A DNA stretch of 31,782 nt. It comes from Bacilli bacterium (GTDB lineage Bacteria > Bacillota_I > Bacilli_A > RF39 > UBA660). Of this stretch, positions 19,701-26,137 are shown piece after piece. The position numbers were made by a program, and so were the translations under genes. The notes under the pieces were generated by a model. That model was not told the DNA's origin. It saw nothing but the letters and a program-made list of their open reading frames with translations, and ran no database searches. Where the stretch lies: assembly GCA_024698845.1 (NCBI GenBank), contig JAILQR010000093.1, forward strand, positions 1 through 31,782, given 5' to 3'. Position 1 is the first letter of the stretch; each line of letters begins with the position of its first letter.

Positions 19701-21696
19701 TAATCGCATTCATGTTAACATTTATTTTTGCTGGAACATTACCTTCAACATATACTCTTATAAATTTCTTTCCACTAATTTCTAATTCTTCAAAGAATGA
19801 AGCATTAGGGACATCTAAGTCTTGAATATCAATAATTTCGTTTGGAACTTCTATTAAGAAATATCCACCTTTACTCCACGAAGAATATCCTGTTTGACCA
19901 CCATTTTTTTCAATATATAGTGTCATTGGTATACTTGATTCATGTGAGTTTCTTTCATAGTTAGATTTATCAAATTCTAAATCTGCAAATGATTCTTCAA
20001 CAGTAAATACTGCTGATGATGTTCTAGGTATTGGAAGTGACCCAACTATTACATTTGGATCGCTATAAGCTTGTTGAGCATCAAATCCACCTTGAATAGT
20101 TCCATCTCTTTCAATAGAATCTTTGCTAAAGTTTGTAGCAATCTTATCAAGTTCAAATTCTCTTGTTAAGTAAACAGTCATTTGAACACTAGTTCCAGGA
20201 TCTAGTTCATTAGTTTCAACAATAATTCTATGAATGTCTTCATCAAAATTTAATGTTTTACAATTATTAGAACCATTAATGGCAAACAGCGTTTTTCCTG
20301 TTTCATAATTTTTTATTACTGCTTCTCCGCCATTTCTACTATACAGATCACCAAAACATACTCTAACAGTTTTATATTTAGCATAGTTTGTATATTCACC
20401 TAATCCGGTATCAGTATATACAGCTTTACCACCTAAATCTTTATCAATAACAGAACTAATCATATATCTTTGGTCAAATTTATATGTCCATGAAGGAATA
20501 TTAGAAACATTATCGTACTTAGCAATTATTCCTGATTTACTTACAAACCAGTTATTGACAGCATCAGACCATTCACCAATTCTAGATTCTGAATCATCTA
20601 AGAATCCATCCTCTGCAGGAACAAGTCCAGTAAACATATGTCTTCCATTAATAGTAACATGCGTACTATCAACAGTTTCTAATTCTTTATTTTTGAATCC
20701 TGTATGCCATGCCTCAGCATGAATAGTAGCTTCTTTTTGATAAATACTAGAATCATAAGGATATTCAACTCTTACATACCATACTGTATGTCTTCTATCG
20801 TATTTCTTAGTATCATACGCAGTCTTAGTAATAACTAAATCTTCTAGTTCAGCAGTCTTAACAGCTTCAAATGTTTGATTAGAAGCATTGTAATTAGTTA
20901 CTACATTTGATCCATTAGCCGAAACAGAAACACTCTTTGGATGCATTCCTTCTAAATCAGAAATACTACCAGATAAATATGATTTATAAAGTGGAGTTTG
21001 GTTATAAGATTCATAAGTATCAATTGTATATGTAACAATAAATGAACCTAGTACGCCGTCATCATCTATTGATTGAATATTTGTTTTAATATAGTTAGAA
21101 TATGAATCAACTACATAACTTATTTCTTTTCTAATATTAGTAGACTCACCAGTTATGTTATCAACAACAGTACCTGTTAAAATAACCTTATTTGTACCTA
21201 TAAATTTAGTTAAATCCTTTTCAACATCTGGTGATACATTTAAATAAAATAATGAAGAAATACCATTACCAGCATTTTGAAGAGTTATATCATGATAATC
21301 TTCATTATATACTGTAGTTGCAAAAATACTACTCTTAGGTAATGTACCTGATACTTTAACATTCGAATTATCAAATGAAATAGTTGCATTAGTTAAAGTA
21401 ACATCACCAAGGACTTTTAATTCAAAATATAATTTATCACTATACTTATTTTGAATAGTAGCACCACGATAACCTTCTGCATTACCATCATCATCTTCAT
21501 CACGCAAGAAGAATGCATCAAATGTTACGTAATTAGTACCACTAATACTTTCGTCTCCATCTTCTACTTTTACATAGTCCTTGTAGTTATATGGACTATT
21601 TTGAAAAGATATTTTTTTGCCACCTATAAAGCAAACCGCAAATAAAAAAACAGCAAGAATTCCCCATAAATTTTTGTTTCTAATTAACTTCTTCAT
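13735..21696 (-). CDS. giant cell-wall-anchored adhesin-like protein 2 (2653 aa), paralog of protein 1
   Basis: Same domain order as protein 1, with 5 MucBP-like repeats, a Pro-rich linker and NPITLD + TM + RKRRK anchor. Confidence 0.88.
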   Translation of the reverse strand: MKKLIRNKNLWGILAVFLFAVCFIGGKKISFQNSPYNYKDYVKVEDGDESISGTNYVTFDAFFLRDEDDDGNAEGYRGATIQNKYSDKLYFELKVLGDVTLTNATISFDNSNVKVSGTLPKSSIFATTVYNEDYHDITLQNAGNGISSLFYLNVSPDVEKDLTKFIGTNKVILTGTVVDNITGESTNIRKEISYVVDSYSNYIKTNIQSIDDDGVLGSFIVTYTIDTYESYNQTPLYKSYLSGSISDLEGMHPKSVSVSANGSNVVTNYNASNQTFEAVKTAELEDLVITKTAYDTKKYDRRHTVWYVRVEYPYDSSIYQKEATIHAEAWHTGFKNKELETVDSTHVTINGRHMFTGLVPAEDGFLDDSESRIGEWSDAVNNWFVSKSGIIAKYDNVSNIPSWTYKFDQRYMISSVIDKDLGGKAVYTDTGLGEYTNYAKYKTVRVCFGDLYSRNGGEAVIKNYETGKTLFAINGSNNCKTLNFDEDIHRIIVETNELDPGTSVQMTVYLTREFELDKIATNFSKDSIERDGTIQGGFDAQQAYSDPNVIVGSLPIPRTSSAVFTVEESFADLEFDKSNYERNSHESSIPMTLYIEKNGGQTGYSSWSKGGYFLIEVPNEIIDIQDLDVPNASFFEELEISGKKFIRVYVEGNVPAKINVNMNAIIDPKSSTFTGTFHLYAKNLELTQYRDTNTDIYDVDIDGVLNEKVAYDTRAVRFIAPNEVITGTIIKNYDDKGSETISPLIANLNPLRGTNQADIELYVLNNSESNVKNLSIIGKVAYVGNTYQIGEGDLGTEFDTYMSGPIVVPAALQGDVTVLYSEKADPTSDQSDLSNGWTTSPSDYQNVKSYMIIFDGDYELEVGQEVDFSYPITTPETTENLNKYSYFTHGAYFDYITEAGLYSSEVSGGKLGVRLSRLYDAEFDLMKIYSDDVIVPGGVFILSDEDGNQRSVVFDSNGYARVNSLYVDTYYTLSQVSAYPGYSITTDKSFEMSNENEDVLYFSNYGFSDWDYGATRDLVRVRVDQEVLYKLDLNHFNSSTNEGIPNAIYKITGPNHENGTNVRTDANGHAYLDNLVVDKTYKAEVVLNEGYPEVKDFEFKVSRDASTHNLRLTSRQLPKITNYCSPTVNFSEYTWYSDHSEFYLNTTRTSGSSEMQQNCNYVLDLLNYENAYRVDFDSSLYDAWGDSSANSSLTWAISSNMNPMAAPYAIELNKDKAPTYSTTISQKASLTQAMGGGQEGEIMRDIVGGRQYNVFLQYHRSGTTSRPYFNTYIRIYPVNGKKELVATTAVSNLANDDNNKVIQSLENYDVSDIERPILDLDIPNIQIQKSVLNIKKVDATNNNPLAGAQFKISGPGFASPRYVTTDESGNASIELFQSFSGNYWNLGLDDDYPLTNIYTVQEVSAPKGYTIDPKEIKFTIDKEIDNSGDVSSSTIKYSTGNTFKETSYENGVYNAVMDDYPLFKVTKKDAETQNVLPNTYYVIYSIDDDGNKTPATDINNNYIGDKINIDGEDYYIVKTNENGEITLALKAGRYVLKEIQAADDKYDISDQETYFSIGEGKNYQAKGITFIKASEVFDGATRYNSGMRMLQTNDGGYLTSNLVDNVLSVTKYDSNFNVEWTKDIPCGYYENYMYTYHDDPERVYYTEPSFNSYTSDSSVDMLENDKGYYFAISPMQVVLVEKETGNTIYDTAASYPNSIKTYHYASTGFTPYSTDPTAWNSYENISQNYPYYVKEGDTENYYSFSGSLYVNYIMSYPVFDVGAKGVAGLSFLDGQYYRIYRSDGTVVPVGRTSDYIVYKFDNTGKLVDGYYILDKLEQGIIDYAAANNVELPSNFGLNGSSLHRDAINYLDDGSVAMLINVYTGGHSSRNNSMYFHAKFDKDGNLEFVTPMGVNGYSDESGTQRNGTNYARVYDDGSASLATYQKVKYTDSQSPNPLFNTADQQFTFPEEPGHDGEANSALSVLEHNASGKLVNVVELQDSNTNKLEKFDTTLDFYNVKHFKDLYFFSKTEDGGYIAALENDNFYNDLDREVILKSGEKFVLENTPSVIIYKVNSDSSVEWIKQYAYPYSNQTGFIYESNLSNDKFGILLDASTPTIRKIGEELPYNVLNTDRNSTMMIAEFKIDDEVIPETPSQVALELFNTRKVFEVTAESNGFGTFTISSGNNILYDGTDPGTVENVKYGDTTVNEVKVTPNAGYYISSITINDNKIDFSVDENGVAILDPIENVTENKHIYVTFKLGDSKVIVHHYLDGTTTRIAGDDILAGQIGSDYITEPKITGQYDLVKDDNGEYVIPSNYKGLFGQSNIEVTYYYIDQAQLRVNYYLENTDTPLSPSKTETKPRGSSYVTEPIFIALYELVSVDGIEDGILNVPLTEITYYYARGNKALVVTNYVDIESNEPLSDPTYDYYDYNEEYSTTPLDPTPTNYVLVSSQGNTYGIATEDITEVTYFYRIKKGIVTTKYIDIDNENNVVDPKVDEYSYGSTYTTSEPTNLPAYYVLTETPDNATGPVDRDNIVVEYRYRKPKGTVVVKYVDKDSYLDIADYVQQELYYGETYTSTPLAEIPEGYKLYMEPTNKSVLVEAESTTIIYVYAKEGTPEEEPTPSITPEVPIVPPKNDEISNPITLDDIMLYVGIFAVATLSIASVVVLRKRRK

Positions 21697-21718
21697 ATTC
21701 TAGACTCCCTCTAGTATA

Positions 21719-21747
21719 ATTTTAACTTTTGTGTCTATTTTTGTCAA
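21719..21747 (-). promoter_or_regulatory. sigma-A promoter of adhesin 2
   Basis: TTGACA-17-TAAAAT followed by a GAGGGAG RBS. Confidence 0.75.
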
Positions 21748-21844
21748 CGAAATAACCATTATTTATAAAGGCTCTTGAAATATTTTTAGAAAATTGAAAT
21801 GATAATAGATAAGGCATAAAAAATGTGGATAACCCCACATAATT

Positions 21845-21874
21845 TTTTTGATAACTTTTCTGTGCCTATACATA
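21845..21874. repeat. attL (P arm plus core)
   Basis: Minus strand reads TATGTA TAGGCACAGaAAAGTTATcAAAAA, 22/24 identical to the attR arm in inverted orientation. Confidence 0.9.
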
Positions 21875-22144
21875 GACACCGTCTTCATTTTTTAAAATTA
21901 TTTGTCTATGTTTATTATCTAAATTACTCAGTTCAACTCTATAAAATTTATCTTTTTTATAAAGGACGTTCAAATCATAATTATATTCTTCTTCGTCTCC
22001 ATAAATTTTCATATTGGCTAAAAGTTCATAACTATTAGAGTTATTAACATCATCACTAAAAGATTTAGTTACACTACTTATATCACTTTTAGTGCACCCA
22101 GTAATAAAAATAACAGTTATTAACAATACTATTATCTTTTTCAT
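21866..22144 (-). CDS. ydcC: ydcC/ssdC-like sporulation lipoprotein, 5' part of a split gene
   Basis: Lipobox ITGC (Cys17). YRVELSN...RQIILKNEDGVYV matches B. subtilis YdcC as recalled (YRVYLEN...QVILRNENGVFV). The frame stops immediately after the att core. Confidence 0.88.
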   Translation of the reverse strand: MKKIIVLLITVIFITGCTKSDISSVTKSFSDDVNNSNSYELLANMKIYGDEEEYNYDLNVLYKKDKFYRVELSNLDNKHRQIILKNEDGVYV

Positions 22145-22253
22145 GTATAAATCACTTTCCTTTTCATAATAAAATATACTTTATATATTTAATATTTATG
22201 AATGTATAATTCATAAAAAATAGTAAATAATACTATCAGAAAGGAATGTATAC

Positions 22254-22493
22254 ATGATAACAATACAAAAAATAGCGCTATTTTTTACGATTATTGGAGC
22301 TTTAAACTGGGGATGTATAGGATTTCTAGATTTTAACTTTGTATCATCTATATTCTCAGCTAATGGTGCTATATCAAATGTCATTTATTCTCTAGTTGGT
22401 TTATGTGGACTTATCAACATTGGTTTACTATTAACTGACTTAGAGCATGATGATCATGAGGATGTTCACACAAGAAAAAGAGTAACTCGCTAA
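22254..22493 (+). CDS. yuzA: DUF378 family small membrane protein (YuzA-like)
   Basis: TIIGALNWG...IYSLVGLCGLINIG motif and AGAAAGGA RBS. Confidence 0.88.
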   Translation: MITIQKIALFFTIIGALNWGCIGFLDFNFVSSIFSANGAISNVIYSLVGLCGLINIGLLLTDLEHDDHEDVHTRKRVTR

Positions 22494-22508
22494 TGAGTTA
22501 CTCTTTTT
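22475..22508. terminator. bidirectional terminator between yuzA and cdaR
   Basis: AAAAAGAGTAACTC-gctaat-GAGTTACTCTTTTT. Confidence 0.85.
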
Positions 22509-22510
22509 TA

Positions 22511-23920
22511 TTAACCATTACTAATTTTAATACCTATTGTATTACTTACAACATATGATAATCTTGGATCACTATTATCGATCTTAACATCAACATCATA
22601 GTCTCCAGCAGAATACTTACTTAAATCAATGTAAGCATTAATATCTTCAGGTTTAAGGTTATCAATAACTGATTGAACACCTTTAACTTGGATAACAATA
22701 TTACTATTTGTTGTAGCATTAGCAACAAGTCCTGATCCTAAATTCTTAGGAGTTACAGTATCCGGTTTAATTTCGATTGTTTTTTGTTTTTCATCATCGA
22801 ATGAAAGTGTAATAGTTGCCATATCTGCACTCATGTATTTAACACCTTGAGGTTTACTTAGAGATACAGTATATGATTTAGAATCATTACCACCTTGTCC
22901 AGAAACATTAACTGTCACAGGAACATTTTTAATGTTAGCTAGACTATCTTTATCTCCATAGACTTCAATAGAATATGATTCACTATTATTAATTAATATT
23001 TTAGAAATAGCCTTACCAGTTAATAATTTACCAGTTGTTCTAACACTTACTGGAACAGTAACACTATAAGTATCAAGTTTAATAGTAGCGTTTAAGCTTC
23101 CAGGAACTATTTCAACATCATCAATTATTTTACCTTTAGAGTCATATGCAACTAGAGGTATATTTTCAAGTTCATAAGAACCAGCTTCTTTTAACTCACT
23201 ATTGCTTAAATCAATTAAAGCTTTAACTGATGCTATTTCATTTAATCTTTCCTCACTACCTTTAACAACTACTTCAGATTTAGATAATTCTACACTATTA
23301 ACACTAAGTTTAGAATTTAATTTCTTAACATTTAATAGTTCATAGCTAACAGTAGATAAACTACTGATTTTATCCTTGATTCTGATATTAGCATAAGTAG
23401 GATTTAATTTATATGATAAAGATGAAATAGATTTAGTATAAGTAAGTTTTACTTTATGAGACATATTACTAGGTTGATAATCAGTTAAATCAAGAATTAC
23501 TTCATGTTCTCCTAATTGTTTAGCTAAGTAAATATCACTTTTACGACCTGTTAAAACCATATCTACAGTTTTAGGTGCACCTTCAACAACATATGCTTCA
23601 TCATTATATTTAACAACTACTGGAATGTTAGTAATAACTTCAGCATCATTTTCTACCAAATTAATTACTTTAGAATCAATTAAGAAGAACATTATTATAG
23701 CTAAAGCTAAAGATGCGTATACTAAGAACTTAGGTCTATTAATAAGTCTGTTTAAATAACTTTTACCTTTAATTTTTTCATTAATATTATATATAAATCT
23801 ACTAATCGGAGTAATAATAATCTTGTCTAATAATTTATATATAGATTTAAAGAAAGCAATAACTATATTAAGCACCTTATTCATTAGAATCTTCACCGCC
23901 TTCTTTATCATCAGCTTCAT
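22511..23920 (-). CDS. cdaR: CdaR (YbbR-repeat) diadenylate cyclase regulator
   Basis: TM segment followed by YbbR-like repeats (V.V.G....L..I..V.A.IDL), directly downstream of cdaA. Exact start uncertain. Confidence 0.88.
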   Translation of the reverse strand: MKLMIKKAVKILMNKVLNIVIAFFKSIYKLLDKIIITPISRFIYNINEKIKGKSYLNRLINRPKFLVYASLALAIIMFFLIDSKVINLVENDAEVITNIPVVVKYNDEAYVVEGAPKTVDMVLTGRKSDIYLAKQLGEHEVILDLTDYQPSNMSHKVKLTYTKSISSLSYKLNPTYANIRIKDKISSLSTVSYELLNVKKLNSKLSVNSVELSKSEVVVKGSEERLNEIASVKALIDLSNSELKEAGSYELENIPLVAYDSKGKIIDDVEIVPGSLNATIKLDTYSVTVPVSVRTTGKLLTGKAISKILINNSESYSIEVYGDKDSLANIKNVPVTVNVSGQGGNDSKSYTVSLSKPQGVKYMSADMATITLSFDDEKQKTIEIKPDTVTPKNLGSGLVANATTNSNIVIQVKGVQSVIDNLKPEDINAYIDLSKYSAGDYDVDVKIDNSDPRLSYVVSNTIGIKISNG

Positions 23921-24707
23921 AGAAGATTTCAGCTTTTGGACTTAATTCTTCTATTAGAGCCATTCTAAATTCATCAAGTGTTAAATTATAATTTAGTGCC
24001 CCATCACAAGCTATAGATAAACGTCCATTTTCTTCTGAAACAACTAATGCTAAAGCATCAGATTCTTCAGCTATACCAAGAGCAGCTCTATGTCTTGTAC
24101 CAAGTCTTTTATTAAGTGATGGATCCATGCTAGTTTTAAATACAACACCAGCACAAGTAATTCTGTCTCCTTGAATAATTACACCACCATCATGTAGTGG
24201 AGCATTTGGGAAGAATATTGTTTCTAATAAGTCATCAGATAAATCTGCATAAACTTTTGTAGCTGGATCAATATATTCTTGAAGTGATACTTCTCTTTCA
24301 ATAACAATTAAAGCACCAATTCTGTTTCTTTTTAAATATTCAACAGCTTTCATTATTTCAAATACAACATGTTCTCTTTCATCAACTGTTAAGATTTTAT
24401 GTCTTCCTAAAAGTTGAGTTCTACCAATAGTTTCTAAAACACTACGTATTTCAGGTTGGAATATAACAATGATTGCAAGTGGTCCCCACTGTACAACATA
24501 TTCTAGTAATATACCAACAGTGTATAAGTTAAGTAGATTACTTAATAATTTAAAGAATAATATAATAATTACACCTTTAAATATTAAAATCATCTTTGTG
24601 TTATTTTTAATATTTTTAAGTATGTAGTAGAAAACAAGCCATACTACACAAATATCAACAACTTTAGTAAAAATAGTCCAAACCATTGACCATGACATTT
24701 TACTCAC
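23877..24707 (-). CDS. cdaA: diadenylate cyclase CdaA/DacA
   Basis: Three N-terminal TM segments, IFQPEIR, PLHDGGVII and LGTRHRAALG motifs. Confidence 0.96.
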   Translation of the reverse strand: MSKMSWSMVWTIFTKVVDICVVWLVFYYILKNIKNNTKMILIFKGVIIILFFKLLSNLLNLYTVGILLEYVVQWGPLAIIVIFQPEIRSVLETIGRTQLLGRHKILTVDEREHVVFEIMKAVEYLKRNRIGALIVIEREVSLQEYIDPATKVYADLSDDLLETIFFPNAPLHDGGVIIQGDRITCAGVVFKTSMDPSLNKRLGTRHRAALGIAEESDALALVVSEENGRLSIACDGALNYNLTLDEFRMALIEELSPKAEIFYEADDKEGGEDSNE

Positions 24708-24782
24708 ATCCTTATTCTTGTTTTTTAATTATAGCAAATAATATAAAATTTATCTACCTTTTTATAATATAAAATAAATAAA

Positions 24783-24811
24783 AAAAGTAAGCGATTAACT
24801 CGCTTACTTTT
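24783..24811 (-). terminator. intrinsic terminator
   Basis: AAAAGTAAGCGA-ttaac-TCGCTTACTTTT. Confidence 0.8.
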
Positions 24812-24998
24812 ATTCATTTGATGAGCTTATTACCATTTCTTCTGGATTACTAGCAGATGCAACATTATTGTTATTTGAACCATCGGCATCTTTCTTTTCC
24901 TTCTTTGTATAACCGATTAAAGAAATACCAAAGAATATAGCTAGTATAATAAATAACCAATAATAATTAGTTAAAAATTTAAGAAAATTTAACATCAA
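24810..24998 (-). CDS. small single-TM hypothetical protein
   Basis: AAGGGATG RBS, one hydrophobic helix, terminator directly downstream. Confidence 0.65.
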   Translation of the reverse strand: MMLNFLKFLTNYYWLFIILAIFFGISLIGYTKKEKKDADGSNNNNVASASNPEEMVISSSNE

Positions 24999-25009
24999 AT
25001 CATCCCTTT

Positions 25010-26089
25010 TTATTCAGCAATAGTAAGTTCTCTATCAGCTGGTTGAATTTGAATAAATGTATTACCGTCATTTACTTTTAATTCAGTACCATCTTCATAA
25101 GTATATTTTGTTTGAGCTGTTCTTGATTCTTTACTCCATTTAATAGGTACAGCATAACCTTCAGAAATATAATATCCTGTACCAGAACCGATATTATGAA
25201 TTTCTTGTCTTCCATTATATCCGTCTGGAGATACAATATTATTGTTTTTTACTTTATAAGTAATTATGTTTTTAAATGTATATTGATTTTTAGTAATGTA
25301 ATCAGTATGAGCTGTTCCATTTACAAATCTCTTATATACTTTATTTTCTGGATCATAAGTATAACTTGTTGTAGTTCCTTTTGAATAAGGAATTGTTATG
25401 TTATTAGCAATAATTGCTCCAGTCTTTTTATCAAGTTCTACAGATTTAGCACTATATTTTAGTAATCTTCCTACATTTTTATTAAGTTCTGTTCTCTTTT
25501 TACCAACACCATTTTTATTTAGTAATTCAGTATTAGTAAATAAAGTATGTTCTCTAGCTAGTCCTTTTGGATTCCATCTAATACCAGTTTTAGGAGCTTC
25601 AGCTTCAATTCTATCAATACCTAAATTACCGAAGTCTGCTCCAGCTTGTGGACTATATCCATTATGAACATAAATAGCATCATTTTCTTTAACATAGTCT
25701 AAATAATAATGTCTAGAACTTCTAACAGGTCCTATTTTATCAACTTGTTTATCAGATTCAAAAATAGCCATGTATCTTGTAATACCACCTTCAACTATCA
25801 TTTCGTAAATGATGTATGCATCTTGAAGTCCACTATGCATTTGTCTAGCAACTGCTAAATTATTAATCATAATAGCAAATGGTCTTTTATTTGAAGTAGT
25901 ATCAATTATATTAATTTTTTCCTCAACTTTAACTGGTTTACTTTCACCTTTTTTATTATTCTTTGACGAAGTATTTTCATTTTTATTTCCTCCGAATACA
26001 AAGAATAATGTAGTAGCTATAGCTAGTACAACTAAAACTAGTGCTATAAGCTTAACTTTTTTATTAACTTTTATTTTTCTTTTACTCAT
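25010..26089 (-). CDS. DUF3048 domain protein (YerB-like)
   Basis: RPFAIMINN, GLQDAYIIYEMIVEGGITR and IGPVRSSRHYY motifs, N-terminal TM segment. Confidence 0.88.
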   Translation of the reverse strand: MSKRKIKVNKKVKLIALVLVVLAIATTLFFVFGGNKNENTSSKNNKKGESKPVKVEEKINIIDTTSNKRPFAIMINNLAVARQMHSGLQDAYIIYEMIVEGGITRYMAIFESDKQVDKIGPVRSSRHYYLDYVKENDAIYVHNGYSPQAGADFGNLGIDRIEAEAPKTGIRWNPKGLAREHTLFTNTELLNKNGVGKKRTELNKNVGRLLKYSAKSVELDKKTGAIIANNITIPYSKGTTTSYTYDPENKVYKRFVNGTAHTDYITKNQYTFKNIITYKVKNNNIVSPDGYNGRQEIHNIGSGTGYYISEGYAVPIKWSKESRTAQTKYTYEDGTELKVNDGNTFIQIQPADRELTIAE

Positions 26090-26137
26090 GTCTAATTCTC
26101 CTAACTTATAAAAAATTATAACATAAAAAGAGCTAGT

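Larger units (their letters stand above)
3705..21874 (-). mobile_element. 18.2-kb large-serine-recombinase integrative element interrupting ydcC/ssdC
   Basis: Direct core TACATA at 3705-3710 and 21869-21874, inverted arms, recombinase at one end, and in-frame rejoining of the two halves of the target gene. Confidence 0.92.

Noticed and set aside
5444-21696. Diversity-generating retroelement or CRISPR explanation for the repeats
   Set aside because: No reverse transcriptase, no TR/VR pair with adenine-specific mismatches, and no spaced short-repeat array. The repeats are protein-domain repeats.
5444-21696. Thioester-domain adhesin or toxin domain
   Set aside because: I could not identify a convincing YC/TQxxxW thioester motif or a toxin catalytic motif by eye.
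3709-21868. Terminal inverted repeats read as an invertible (shufflon-like) segment or transposon TIRs
   Set aside because: The asymmetric core TATGTA is in direct orientation and the inverted arms are the two halves of attP. The geometry predicts excision, and only excision repairs the target gene. There is no DDE transposase.
3705-21874. Prophage or ICE
   Set aside because: No structural, replication, relaxase or T4SS genes in the element.
7522-22038. Short ORFs 7522-7719, 12915-13121, 15813-16037, 21451-21645 and 21823-22038
   Set aside because: Out-of-frame or antisense within long genes. 21823-22038 crosses the att junction, so it is unlikely to be a real gene.
26090-26137. tmRNA (ssrA) expected near smpB
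   Set aside because: The gap is too short and has no tRNA-like ends. No tRNA genes were seen anywhere in the window.
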